Shown here: piece after piece, positions 39,710 to 52,611 of the stretch
Layout of the letters: each line of letters starts with the position of its first letter
Numbering within the stretch: the first letter of the stretch is position 1
Source: Tubiluchus corallicola
Lineage: Eukaryota; Animalia; Priapulida
Assembly (NCBI GenBank): GCA_030141605.1
Contig: JAQGDQ010000703.1
Location: 1-64,000, forward strand
DNA: 64,000 bases
Reading direction: 5' to 3'
Notes under the pieces: model-generated
Told to the model about the DNA's origin: nothing
The model's input: the letters and a program-made list of their open reading frames with translations, nothing else
The model's database searches: none
Program-made: the position numbers and the translations under genes

Positions 39710-39948
39710 TTTTAAATATTAGAGTATTTTAAGCTTTTGTTAAAAATTTGGTTCCTGTTTTTCGTTAGCAAAATTTCTTTCTTGCTGCTCAACCATTCGT
39801 TGCAAAGAAATGGTATTTTAACAAACCAAAAATCTAAAATTTCAACCTTGCTTGCAGTGAATAACACGTTCATCGCGCGGTTAAATTTCTTATTATTCGT
39901 TCATCACACACGATTAAATTTGTAATAAATATCACGATGATTTGATAA

Positions 39949-40104
39949 ACCTAGCCAAGCCAGCCCAACTCAGTGCCGGTCCCAAGCCCGGATAAATAGG
40001 GAGGGTTAGGGTGAGGAAGGGCATCCACCTGTAAAAATTGCGCCAAAACCTTCTATGAATGAGTTTCCACAAGGAAGTGGTCAGAAGCTGGGAAGAAGAA
40101 GAAG
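39949..40104 (+). mobile_element. 156-bp RTE-type non-autonomous retroposon with 18-bp TSD
   Basis: ATCACGATGATTTGATAA at 39931-39948 and 40105-40122; GGTCCCAAGCCCGGATAAA..GGAAGGGCATCC motif; (GAA)n tail. Confidence 0.85.
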
Positions 40105-40151
40105 ATCACGATGATTTGATAATTAAAAGTGAATTAATCAATCCTACTTAC

Positions 40152-40361
40152 TCTAATCGCTTCTGTTCCGCCTGTAGCGCGTTCACGTGGTTACGGAAGC
40201 AGGTTTCGGCGTCGGATGACTCGAGTAAATCAAACGGTATCCGTCGGTCGATGCTGTCCACGTACTCGGAATCTTGCCAGTCTAATCCGGGTTCCAACTC
40301 CACGAAATGTCGATCGAATTGCGGATGCTCGTGCAACAACCACTTACACATGCTCCACTTC
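40152..40361 (-). CDS. ARHGAP35: p190 RhoGAP exon 3 (FF region)
   Basis: KWSMCKWLLHEHPQF...RRIPFDLLESSDAETCFRNHVNAL; CAG acceptor, GTAAGT donor. Confidence 0.92.
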
Positions 40362-40441
40362 CTGTAAATAATTATTCACAAAATCTAAACGTATTATTTC
40401 ATTACTCGCTTCCAATGAGTCATCTAGCACTCTACTGTGTA

Positions 40442-41482
40442 CAGCGAGTCCTCGCTTAACGACTGCCGATGTTTCGTTTTAACAATTTTTTTTACTTTGC
40501 TAACAGCCATTTTTATTTTATCAACAATTTTTCTACCTAGTTTTAAACATAAAAATGGTACATATTGCATTTCTGCTCTAAAAATGCATTAGTAACCTAA
40601 ACAGTGTAATTATTATGATGCTTTTTCTTCCCGACTGACTATGTACTAAATCTAAGCGGTTTGTATCAAGCGAGATCTATCTATATGCCGCTTTACATAC
40701 CCCCACACACCCGAGTTTAAATTTCATACTGAGGAATCTTCCCTGCAACCTGTTGCTATAACAACCAGATTAGTACATGAAATTGTCTCAAGGTGGTCAC
40801 TCATTGCAGGGCTTGGCTTTCATTACCCAGTGTTTAACTGCTAGCTGACTATATATAGGCTTCAACATTAACAAAAGAGAAACCGCTAGCAAGTCTGGCA
40901 AGATATTGGTAAGTTGTATAGGTGCTTTGAAGCAAATTGAAAGCAATTAATCAGTAGAAATATGAGTAAAACTCATAAAATATATGATTTAAGTAGCTGT
41001 TGTAGAGATCGCCTGGCGTCTATTAGAATTACATAGAACACTGTAGAATGCTCCGTTGGAATGATCGTCTTACCGTGTGGAATGTTCTGGAACTGGAAGC
41101 TTCTCGGGCGCGCTGTATGACGGGAGCACAGGGATTCACATGGACGCCACTTACACATTCTCTTGTATACTTGCATTTTCAGATACACTCAAATGTTTTC
41201 CAGATTTTCACGTTTACTGTAATCATTTCGTGTTCCTTCATACTTTTGTGTTGTAGAATTCTCGCTTAATAAACTAGTTTAATTTGACGGCGTGTTTTCT
41301 GGTTTTCTCTACGAGCCTTCTGAGAGAAACAAAACACAACAGTAGCATTGATTTTTGCCTCTGGAACGCATCTCAATCCTTTTACGTTACTTTCTATGGA
41401 AATGTTGTCTTTGTTTAACGACGTTTCGCTTAACGACACATTTTTCTGGAATGCGCTGGCGTCGTTAAGCGAGAATTTACTG
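40442..41482 (+). mobile_element. MITE family C, copy 3 (no internal arrays)
   Basis: TA|CAGCGAGTCCTCGCTTAACGAC ... GTCGTTAAGCGAGAATTTACTG|TA. Confidence 0.8.
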
Positions 41483-41513
41483 TAAATGAACACGCATGAT
41501 TAAGTGATCAGAA

Positions 41514-42040
41514 TTGCAAGACCCAAGCACAGGGCTTAATAAACTAAAGAAACTTTTCTCAAAATATGAGTGCGCAGAAAAATGCAGGAGCAGCACTAAA
41601 TTATATTTTTTAAGGCATACCGAGTGGAAACGACAAAATTACATAGACACATGTAAACCAGAAGAGGTTAAAGATATATTGAAAATAAGGCTGAATATGA
41701 TTAAAGTTAAAGGGAACTACAAGAATGAGTTTAAGGATCAGTTATTATGCCCAGTGTGTGGGGAAGATGATGATACTACTGAACATTTGCTTAGATGTGA
41801 CAGATATGGAGAATGGAAAAAAATTTTGAACTCAGATATATTAATGAACAGTGAAAAGGAAGGATTGCTAGAAATTAGAAATCTAGTGAACGAATGCATG
41901 GAATACAGGATAAAGACAAATAAAGATATTAAACTTGGAAAAGACAACTAAAAGATCAGCATTATAGAAGAATAGACTTTGCATCCTATAAAGGTGCACG
42001 CCTCGGAGAGGTGGAGAGAGTCGAGTATCGCAATCGCAAT
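41514..42040 (+). mobile_element. 5'-truncated LINE ORF2 C-terminus
   Basis: ILKIRLNMIKVKGNYK...LCPVCGEDDDTTEHLLRC zinc knuckle. Confidence 0.78.
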
Positions 42041-42867
42041 AACATTTTTTGCAAGTTTCTGTAAGATCATCAGAAGTTCAGAACCTAAAAATTCAAATGT
42101 GTACTGACACTAACCATGTGGACATAATTGTCCAGTTTCCACGCTCTCAGTAAGGCCGGCCACAAATTCTTTTTTCTTACTTCGTGAGCTCAGTAAAGAG
42201 CGTTAAAGCTTTGTGAATTTTCAATGCTAAATCGTGGAGCATTTAAAATCAGTTGAAATCGAAGTTTGTTTACGTGGCACTGCATAGCTGTAATATTTGA
42301 AATTTTTTCGACTCGCATTTTTTACCCTGGTATGAACACATGTTCTAATATTTATGGTACAAGCGGCAACACTGCTCTGCCGTTAATATGCTGATTTAGT
42401 GGAAAATATGACACCTTATAACCTACAATGAGATTTCAGCATTGCACAAACAAGCAACTCTGGCCGACAGCCGTAGAAAAACATGGCTGCGTTCTCGCTG
42501 AAACGACGATGTTATAATGATGTTTTACGTTCTAAGTTAAAAAAAATTCACTTTTATATGAGTGAACCACGTAAGTACGTGACTGTACAAAAAATTAAAA
42601 ACGAACAGGTGTGAGATAAAATTTTTACCTGGGCAATTAGATGGAATCAGAAGTATTTTTAATGTCTGTCTAATGTCCCAAATACACAGATCTTAGAATG
42701 ATTTAATGGATATAATAAATCTGCTAAAACTGCACAGGAAACTTAACACATAAATTAGGCAAATCATGGCTGGACAGTTTTTTTGGAAGACGTGCAAAGA
42801 GATCCTTTACTATGGTACTTCTGTAAGCCCATAACAAGCCAGATTAGGGTGCAGGGATTGGGTATAT

Positions 42868-43368
42868 CAGGGATGAGAATTTTCCGCGGATACGCGGGAT
42901 TCCGAGTCTTTGGAAGACCAGTAGCGCCATTTTTGTAAATCGTGTAAATTCGTTGAGAAAATTTTTACGGACCCAGTACATTATTTCACAAGCTGACCGC
43001 TAGTTGGCAGGCCGTCACTTTGTTTACATCACGTACATCAGTGTAACCACGTGTAGATCTCTATGTATAAAAATGTAGAATCAATTGTGCGGAGTTATTT
43101 GAGTCAATTGCAGACAGTTTTTATATACTTTTGTTTAGGAGCGGCCAGTACTGAGGCGTTTTTGAGACAATTAGGTATCATGTATCCTTGATAGTTGGAT
43201 ATTTTAAATTACGCATGAAACAAGGTAACTGATATTTAGATATACTAGATAACTAAGTCCACTTAGAGGCTCTCTATGGTCACAAAATTGCAATTTGTTG
43301 CTGGCTCTGCGGCCCCCAAACCCCTGGCCTGTTTCAGAGTTTTTTGCAATTTGTCATTCTCATCCCTG
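42868..43368 (-). mobile_element. MITE family B, copy 3 (inverted), 6-bp TSD GTATAT
   Basis: Perfect 13-bp TIRs; GTATAT on both sides. Confidence 0.92.
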
Positions 43369-44032
43369 GTATATACTACAAATGTTACAAGTAATATACA
43401 GTTATTGAGAAAATGTAATTGTGCACTGAACAGCGACATGAGGTCCTATATGGTTCCAACACGTATCAGCATAAAAAAATGAGAACAGGCCTAGAATACT
43501 GACCGCAAAAATCAGCATAAAAATTCAGAAAAATTTAAAAAAGCCTAAGTAAGGCCAAAACGGTTAGCCGTTTAATTGACCGTTAACTGGTGTAATTGTT
43601 TAGAAAATCACTAACCGTTTAACCGTTACTTAGTCAGGTTTTGTATTTATCCATATTAATGAAACCTTGTATCTTTTCTGAGTTGGTGTACGCAGTTAGC
43701 AATGTCCCGCTTACATAAAATTCTACTATTTACAACATTGTTTTAATTAATCTGGTTGCCTGAGAAGCATCTAAATGGTGCAAAAAGTGCAAAAAGGTTT
43801 TCACTCGCGTATCTTACAACATGGAGATCTTACGCTGGCATGTTGAACATTGTCGCTGGCGCATGCTAGATTTGAACCACACCACTTACTCGTGCAAGTC
43901 ACATGTATTCAGTATTTTCTTATATGTATGAAGATATGTATGTATATGTATGTGTTAATATGTATATGTATTATCTCAGTGCACAAAAGAGTTCTTACAA
44001 AAAGAAACATTTGAGTTACTTTATTTACCTAC

Positions 44033-44705
44033 CTGTCACCCAAAGATTCCAGATCAGGTAAAAGATCTTGCAAAGTTCCAGGTAAGTCACGTATAAAACT
44101 CTGCTTCTTCAGATGCACGTGTTGCTCGCGCAAACTTGCCAAATGTCGTCGGAACACCCTCTGTGCCGACGCCCGACCCATCAGGTCAATGTAATGCTGG
44201 AAATCGGAATTGTGAGCTAACGTCTTACTGCCGACGTTCCACGTCGTCTTGTAATCGAACACTTGGGAAGCCAGCAGCTTGTGATAGGCATCTGTGGCGA
44301 CCTCTAGCACCTCCCGACGCTTTTGAGCCGCATCGTGATATGATATGTTCTTAGTCCTACCTTTTGATTTGTCGATCATTTGCGCTAGGAGTATAAAAGC
44401 GAGTTCAATGTTCACGTTTTGATCTGCCGAAGTTTCGACGACGGGAACGGAACTTTTGTATTCCTTCCTGGACGCCAGCCTCTCGGCTTCTTTGATGTAG
44501 TAATCCGACGCGTCGTCGTTCTTAGTCGTCACAAGAACAACCGGTTTCTTAGTTTTCATGATATTGTTCAATATGACGGCTACGAATTCTACTTGACGTT
44601 CGACGGGTCGATTTGGCACTTGACTAACATCAAAAACACACAGAAAACCATCAATATTTAGCTTTCCATCCGGTAGAAGCTTCTGATCATATTCATGCTC
44701 AATTC
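44033..44705 (-). CDS. ARHGAP35: p190 RhoGAP exon 2 (GTPase C-part, FF1)
   Basis: GIEHEYDQKLLPDGKLNIDGFLCVFDVS...KKPVVLVTTKND...VVETSADQNVNIELAF; TAG acceptor, AG|GTAGGT donor. Confidence 0.93.
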
Positions 44706-45069
44706 CTAAAAAGAAAAGATTAAAACAGATAAATATTTAAACGTCGTTTGCTTACAATGTTAGAACACACATCAAAAAACAGATTAATTAATTATTGTCA
44801 ATATGGCAGCTGCACAGCAGCACGAAGTAGTTGGATAAAAGATTTCGTCTCTTGCCCAGGCTAAAGTCATGTAGTAATAATTAATGGAAGTAAGTCGGAA
44901 GTGGTGCTGACAAGCCACTGGCATAGCAGTGTCTAGTTTTCTTGCTGGATTACTGCTGAGTTTATCTGTCTGAAGGCAGATTTCTTTTATTTTAGAATCC
45001 TGCCTGCCCAATGTCTACAATAGACGTGACGGGCGCATGATGATGATGATCAATTAATGCAGAAAGCAA

Positions 45070-45606
45070 CAAGCAATGCATGCTTTTCTTCAACACAAGA
45101 ATGTATTAACTAGCAAGAAATTAAATCTTAACGTAAGACTTCGATTATTTAATGCTAATGTTACCAGCACATTTCTGTACAACAGTGAAACTTTAGCGAT
45201 TACTCAAGAAAAGCAGATTGACACATTCATAGAACTTTTCCAAGGAAGTTTTAAAGATAAGATGGCCGTACATAATCAACAAATGAAGATTTATACACTA
45301 GAATGAAAGAAATTCGTTGGAGTTCAAAAGTCAAAATTCGAAGATCAAGATGGCTAGGACGTCTTCTAAGATTACAAAGTGAAGCACCAGTAAGAATCAT
45401 GTTAAAGGAAGCCTTAAAGCCTTGCAAAAAACCAAAACCAACTTGGATAGCTAAGATAAATAAAGATGTTCAACAACTTCAACCAAATCTATCTTTAGGA
45501 GTAGAAGAACTTGCGCTGTTAGCTGCAGATAGAAGTGAGTGGAATACTAATAAATGCTGATAGCTCAATTTCTACAATAGATGGAATGAGACGTTGAAGA
45601 AGAAGG
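45070..45606 (+). mobile_element. Frameshifted RTE-clade LINE 3' fragment
   Basis: RLRLFNANVTSTFLYNSET / RRSRWLGRLLRL..PVRIMLKEAL..KPTW; ends in GAAGAAGAAG. Confidence 0.8.
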
Positions 45607-45736
45607 ATTAATAATCAATAATCAAATAATCATAAAAGTTGCAAATAATCACAGAACTAAAGAGAAATTTCTTTAAAGTAGCAGTTCTAAAATAAACAAT
45701 CATTTCTTAAGTTTGTTTAATAAAAACAAGACTTAC

Positions 45737-46145
45737 CTAACTGGTTCTTGCATATATACATTAGCTTCTCGGCTGACTGTATTTTAGTACCGACACAACG
45801 CTTAGTATACGGATCAGTTTTCCCACCCTTGAACGGCTGAAATGAAGCATCATCGATAAACTCGGTTTGCTCTATAACATTGAAGCTGAGATCAACACCT
45901 TCATCCGTTGTCTTGGTAACCTCTCCCCAGTATAGGAAATGATCGTTGTTTACAACCCGTCCACTAAAATCCGTCTGCGACAACACAGATATATGATCAG
46001 TGTAATATTCATCCGCTAGAGAGCGCACAAAACGGTTACATAAGTGAGACTTGCCAACACCGACAGCGCCTTTCTCTCGCTCCGTCCCAGACAAGCCCAC
46101 AACAGACACGTTAAAGATGCGCCAGTCACCTTTCTTTCCAGCCAT
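45737..46145 (-). CDS. ARHGAP35: p190 RhoGAP first coding exon (N-terminal GTPase domain)
   Basis: [33 protein letters not shown]...[14 protein letters not shown]; donor G|GTAAGT; probable upstream acceptor at 46400 implies a 5'UTR portion. Confidence 0.95.
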
Positions 46146-48180
46146 AGCGAGCAGATGGAGCGACAATCGTTCAGGAATACACAGTTCACATGATTAATTT
46201 ATTTCCATGACAAGTAGACTTGGGTTTCCAAACAGGCGGATTGTACAAAGGTTTCAAACCAGTACGAATTCTCACTAGTAAATAAACGGCACAAATAAAT
46301 TGTCACAAACTTTCTAATCATTTGAGAATGTTCTGTCGCATAAGTGTTGCCATTCATTTTTATTTGCAGCTTCTAAGCACATGGTAATACATGCCAATGC
46401 CTAAAAAAGAACAAACTTCCTACAACAAATAAAAAACACATATAAACATTTGCTAATATTGTACTAGCAAATATCTGCTATTGGAATAAGTTCATAGTAA
46501 ATACTTTATGAGTACGAAAACTTGCGAATTTGAATGATTTAGCAAAATATAAAATTGATCACATAAAAAACACTGCATTAAATAAACTCATAGTAAATAC
46601 TTTATGGATTAAGAAAACATCCAAATTTGAATGATTTAGCAATTCAACATTAAATTTAATCGCATTAAATAACACTGCATGAAGTTCAAATACACAATGA
46701 GAGCATCCATAGCACAACTTCACAAGCTAAGCAAAAGAAAAAATTACTTTATCTTCTGAAAAAGATTAATAATGTTTTTTGGTAAGCGGGTGGAATTTTT
46801 TGGTGCACACTGGACAGTGAGAAAGACGTTTTTACAGTTAACGCGAATGTTTTAACTTACTAAACCTAATGTTAAATAACATAACTTTGTATGGAAAATT
46901 TTCTTTGAAAATTTACTTGAAAATTTCACTTTCTCCTCCTTTAAAAAAGTCACAACTTTCACAATTCTCAAATTTTTAGAAATGAAATGTTGGACTCAAA
47001 TGAACGTCACTACAGATTCGTTTTGTTACCTTCTTCAAGTTCTTTTAGAAAATTCGATGCTGCAATTTTATGCAAATATAATATAATACTGTGTTTGACA
47101 CAAATTGGAGTATTCAACAAAATCAAAAATAGGAAATTTTAAATTAATCTTACACATTAGTCATTCACAACTTAGAAATCATTCAGTGAAAAAACTTGCA
47201 AACGGCATTACGAACAAATAAATTATAAATCGGCCAATTATCCTATCACAGAATGACTTATTTAGGCAGTCAGTTCATCATTTTACAATAATAATCCATA
47301 AAATATTCACGTAAATTTCACACCCAGCAAACGCCATATTGCAAAATCACGAAAATGACATCGCAAATACACCACCCGATTCTGCGCCTGAAAAGACAAA
47401 CATACTGGTACAGTCATTGTTATTTTCTCAAAATAGAGCAGCATTCGAAGAAATGTAGGACATCTTCCACGTTATTCAATGTAGGTCCACGGTTTGATAC
47501 TTGAATATTTTTCTTTTTGTGGCTTTAGCATTTATTTCCAACATTACGCTCAAGAAAAGTTGCTTTAAAAAGTTGTATTAGCCCTCGACACCAGTAGTGG
47601 GTGTTTTTGCTTTTACTTTACTTTTATTACTGACACTTACAGATGACCAGCAACTTCATCTAAATGTCAATGTAATCAGTGACGATGGTAATTGGTGCTG
47701 TAAGTTGTAAAGACTAACTTAAGAACACACAGACTTGCTGCAAAATATGCCTTACTATCTTTTTTGCTTAAGATCTCTGTTATAATCGTTTAAAGATTCT
47801 TTTGTGCTTGGAAATTTGAGTTTTGTAAAAAAGACAATCCTCTCTTCAAACAAAATACTTCATAATACATAATAGTAATTTCATTAAGGCACTTCGGGTA
47901 AAGGTAAACATAGTAATTTTAATAACCGTACTAAATTTCCCGTTTGAATCAGAAAAGAGTAGAAAGTGCAACTATAACAACTGCACCGACAACAAGAACA
48001 ACAATAATGAAGATGACATAATTCAGGTCAGCAACATTTTTGATTCAAATAAGCGTTTGCCTGCTAGACTCAATGCAGTAAGATTCCCATTGTGCATGGT
48101 AACGAGAGCATAATTATGAGACATGATATCGTTTCATGATGTAGTGACGTTGACTATGAATCCTTGCATTATCTTAAATA

Positions 48181-48360
48181 ATTCATTTCAATTCAATTTC
48201 AATTTATTTATCTCTTTATAGTGTTACAATAAAACATGATTAATAAAAGAATCTCTAATAAGTTTTGAAAAATGGTTAAAATGTATAGATAGATCTAGAA
48301 CTAGAGAAAGGATAGCGAAAAGACTATAAAGTCACCTAGTCTGCTATCCTTTACCAAATA
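48181..48360 (-). mobile_element. CR1-clade LINE 3' end (minus strand)
   Basis: Same stem-loop architecture as 19349-19393; AATAAA and (TTGAA)-like tail on the minus strand. Confidence 0.6.
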
Positions 48361-48999
48361 TAGATAAAAAGAATTTTTAGACACTGGTGGGCATTAATGT
48401 TATCAGTTTAATTTAGGAAACATTAGTAATTTTTAAAATTATAACATTTTCTATATAATCCAGAGAAAATAATATACATGTAGTTTAATTAGCGGGCAAC
48501 AAAATAAGGTCAATAAGCGTCAACTTCAATAAAAACTGTAAAAGTGCACACAGTGGTATACACCTCTCTAAGGTCGGTAGCAGAGTAATTCCAGTGCAGG
48601 TTCAGCACTTAAATTCAGCATTGTGGTATTAACAACTGAAAGAAAACAGAAGTTCGTCTCGTAAAAGTTAATGGCTGATTTGCTGGCATTCACTGTGTCC
48701 TGACTTTTGTCTTCAACTATTGCTGGTATTTACTTCATTATAGCTACAATATTTAAAATAATGTTGTGTAACTTATGACTGCGTAAACTAATGTTACCGA
48801 ACGGTAAAGTTGCATTTGGTCATTTTTGAGCCAAATACAAACAAAAACTCTAAACAAACTGAACACGAAAAAGCACAAAAACTTTGATGCTCTAAGAGCA
48901 ATCAGTTAATGTTACTTGAAACAGCGCCTTGTTATCAACACCCTCTCCCACAAGGATACAGCTGGTGTCATTGTCACTCGCAATCCCTCTAGCTCGCTC

Positions 49000-49560
49000 T
49001 CTCGAGCAAATAAGCTATGCCGTAAATTTTACTATTGCACCAATGCTGTAAAAACACGTCTATTCAATCCTTACTGTAATAGCTTCTACTATATAGCCAC
49101 CTGGCGGCATTTTCATAATTATAATCTGAACAAACTTAAGGTTGCTCATAATAAATCAATGCGAAAATTTTTCAATTATCAGTTTGATCACAGTGCCAGG
49201 GACATTTCTGGGACGCATAAATTAGTGTACTTTGATGTTATTTACAGGAAAAGCATTTACAGTCTGGATACTAGAATTTCAAACAGTAAAAACTTGTTAT
49301 GTAGAACGATATTCGGTAGTGATACTTTATTTACTTCCAGTATAAGAAAGATTTGGAGAACGAAATTGTATGCTTAATTTTTACATTGTTGATATTCATT
49401 GATATAATGATTGAAGCTAATGCGAAATGTTATTATTATTATTATTATTTGTAATGTTGTTTGGTGTTGTTTACCTTGTGTGCTTTGTGTTGTTTATTTA
49501 CTTGTATTTTTGTTGTATATATATGAACAAAAGTTTGAAATAAAGAAGTAAATCAAAAAT
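49000..49560 (+). mobile_element. 5'-truncated LINE ORF2 C-terminus plus 3'UTR
   Basis: RANKLCRKFYYCTNAVKTRLFNPYCNSFY..W..KLKVAHNKSMRKFF is typical of the post-RT region; AATAAA near 49540. Confidence 0.75.
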
Positions 49561-49802
49561 CAAATTTACCCGAAACAATGATTATAATGCATGGTGGAAT
49601 CATAGTGGTACAGTTAGATGAACATGCTTGTTCAGTAAACATACATATAAAAACCAAATGCATGTAAATTGAAGAACAATTTATCTTATATTACAGGTTT
49701 TAGGCACACCACTAAATATTTATTATAAAAAATAACAACATTACACATTTCTTATCGTAAATGTTTCAAGTACAAGCAGGCAGCACAAAAATCTTGCAAA
49801 AT

Positions 49803-50152
49803 GCTGTGACAATATTTTATTCCATATTGCAACAATGTTGTGCCAATATTTTATTCCATATTGCAACAATGTTGTGACAATATTTTACTCCATATTGCAA
49901 GAATGTTGTGACAATATTTTACTCCATATTGCAACAATGTTGTGACAATATTTTATTCCATATTGCAACAATGTTGTGACAATATTTTATTCCATATTGC
50001 AACAATGTTGTGACAATATTTTATTCCATATTGCAACAATGTTGTGACAATATTTTACTCCGTATTGCAAGAATGTTGTGACAATATTTTATTCCATATT
50101 GCAACAATGTTGTGACAATATTTTATTCCATATTGCAACAATGTTGTGGCAA
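49803..50152. repeat. 34-bp tandem repeat, about 10 copies
   Basis: TGTGACAATATTTTATTCCATATTGCAACAATGT. Confidence 0.95.
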
Positions 50153-50704
50153 TACTGGTACTCATACTGCCACAATATTTATGCATTTCACACAAATATT
50201 GTCATAATATGAAAAAATACTGACAAAAAATATTGGTACAATTTTATAGCAAGTCACATTTCCAAGTTGTCCCAAAATTTGCAAGAATTATCGCAACATC
50301 ATTGTGCCTGCTTGGGTTTGTGTCTTTATTAAATCAATAACAGGCTGCTGGTATCATTATAAGTTGCAAAAAGTTTTAAAAATGCATTTATATGAAGAAA
50401 GCGTGTTCCTGAAAAAGATATCTATTTTGGAAACAGTGAACACAAAATTACACCTTAAAATTAAAATTAAAGCTAACATTAGACGCAGGAGCAAAATTTA
50501 GCAAGCAAGTGATAATACGACAACCCACACGGGTTGTTCTAAACAGCCATGCAGGGGCGTAGCCAGGTTCTAAATGTAAATTGTATATATAAACGTATAT
50601 CTATCGTATATTGCACAAACACCACGAATAACTTGGATATTGAAACATCCCAGAATTAAAAGGAAAGGTCAAAGGTCAAGTCGTGTAGAAAGTTAGGCTT
50701 ATTC

Positions 50705-51130
50705 CAATGTTTGCGAAAAATGTTACGAAGATTTAGTAATAAAGTCTGATGAGCACCTCGTGTAATTAGTAAAATCACTTCAAAGTCAAAATCATTTCAC
50801 ACTTTAACGCTCCCATTTTGAATACCCATCCTTCTGCCAAGTCAGCAGAAGAAAAGCAGTACACCTGTCGATTTCCGTCAAAAAATTAGATAGCGAACTT
50901 TAAGCAGATAGATTGAAGTTTAAGCAACACGTATTTACAGAAAGACATGACGCGCTTACGAAAAGTCATTAAGCTCGTCAATTATGCCAGTCAATGGCGA
51001 CTACCATCATACCTGAATTAACTTTATGATTTACAGATATTTTTTTCAAATTTATTTGTTGCATTTTCTGAAGTCGACAGTAAAATAAACCGAACATTTA
51101 CTAAGTGACTTGTTCCTCTCCTTTAAGCCA
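50705..51130 (+). mobile_element. Dispersed repeat family F, copy 2
   Basis: Homology to 38380-38935. Confidence 0.6.
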
Positions 51131-51455
51131 AACAAACACCAAATAGATTAATCTTCGCTTGAAAATACAACTTCTTTACAAAACAACAAACCAATTTTGT
51201 TTTGCCAAGAAACAAAACAAATAAGTTTAGTTAGTACAAAATATGACGACGTGACTGCATTAATTAATACGATGGAAAATCCCAGCACAAACCCGTCTGA
51301 TACGGTACTATAACTAAAGTAAAAACAACTAAGAACACCAACCGACCAACTGTGATTCAAAAGTAACAAGCTTTTCATTTAGTCTGTCATGTCTGACCGA
51401 GTGTCTGTGTGTGATAGTCAGTTTCATCTGACTTGCCAACTTGGCAATGAACACT

Positions 51456-52113
51456 CAGTGGCGTAGCAAGCGCTTGTGGCACCCCTTTGCGAAAAAACCT
51501 TTGGCCCTACCCCTTTTAATATTTTGATCATTTGTTTCCTGGACCAAGCCACAAATTGTGTACGTCTTATACGTCTTTGATCCCGACTTTCCTTTTTTGA
51601 CATGATGGGATAAAGATAAACGAATTTTTTCTAAGAATCACCCTGAGTTTGATTTGTGGTACTGCAGCAGAGTAACTCTTTTCTAAGCATTAGTTGCTCA
51701 TAACACCACAGTCATTAAACATTCAGCTCCAGCATTAAAACATGTAAAGATTATGAAAGATACAGAACACTACAGGTTTTCATAATAATACAATCAGCAT
51801 TTAGAGAAACGTCACTGTTTCTCTCAAAATTATCAATCTGCTAAGTCACAAGATACCCTACACACACCGTTAAGTAACAACATTAGTCTTTTTGCTAGGC
51901 TGAATGTAGTAATTAAGTCAGCTACGATGATCTCTGACTAGGCAGTTTTGTTGCAGTTTGAAAACTTTTGTTAATTATTTTGTTAATGTCGGATTTGTAA
52001 TCAATTCAACATTAATAATTAAAGGTTACCGAACTCTGGAAGAATTTTGCAGCCTTTCAACTTGCACCAGGGGACGATTGTCCCCCTGTCACCCCCACCT
52101 TGCTACGCCTCTG
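51456..52113. mobile_element. hAT-like MITE
   Basis: TIR CAGTGGCGTAGCAAG / CTTGCTACGCCTCTG; TSD unclear. Confidence 0.75.
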
Positions 52114-52288
52114 GAACCACCCCAGAAAAAGCTCCTGTGATAACAAGTCAGTACGTGCGACGTCATCATTTACAAATTCACACTAACGCAAAATAAAATC
52201 GTCCATTTGCAAATGAAACACTTTGCACGGCAACAAGATGAAAAAATTACGATGTTCAACTATATTACAACAACTTTTAAACAAAAGC

Positions 52289-52526
52289 TCATTCCTGTTT
52301 CGGTTCTTCTGATATAGGTGGCGTTATCACAGAATATCCCGGTCCTAGGCGATGATGAGAGACCGCTCTCTTCGTGTCGCCGCTAGAACTTTCCACGTCG
52401 GCAGCAGTTTCCTTGGGAACATCAGTGGATATGTGGATGCTCTTACTGTGCTTCTTATCAATCTCTTCCGGCTCCTCTTTTATGCTGTCGCTTCTCTTCC
52501 TGTGAAATAATTCTCTTGTGGCTGTC
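52289..52526 (-). CDS. VCPIP1: VCPIP1 terminal coding exon
   Basis: TATRELFHRK...HRLGPGYSVITPPISEEPKQE-stop; RLGPG resembles vertebrate RIAPG; in frame with previous exon. Confidence 0.78.
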
Positions 52527-52611
52527 CTACAAACAATGTAGATAAAACAGATTAAAGGAGCAGTCAATGCAGAACAGATTGTAGAGTCAAACAGAAAACT
52601 TCCTTATTCCC

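Larger units (their letters stand above)
2485..46145 (-). other. ARHGAP35: p190 RhoGAP gene (ARHGAP35/ARHGAP5 family), 19 coding exons in window, 3' end (RhoGAP domain) outside window
   Basis: Hand-spliced exons total 3853 nt with consistent phases at every GT-AG junction. Translation carries p190 signatures: [65 protein letters not shown]. Confidence 0.95.
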
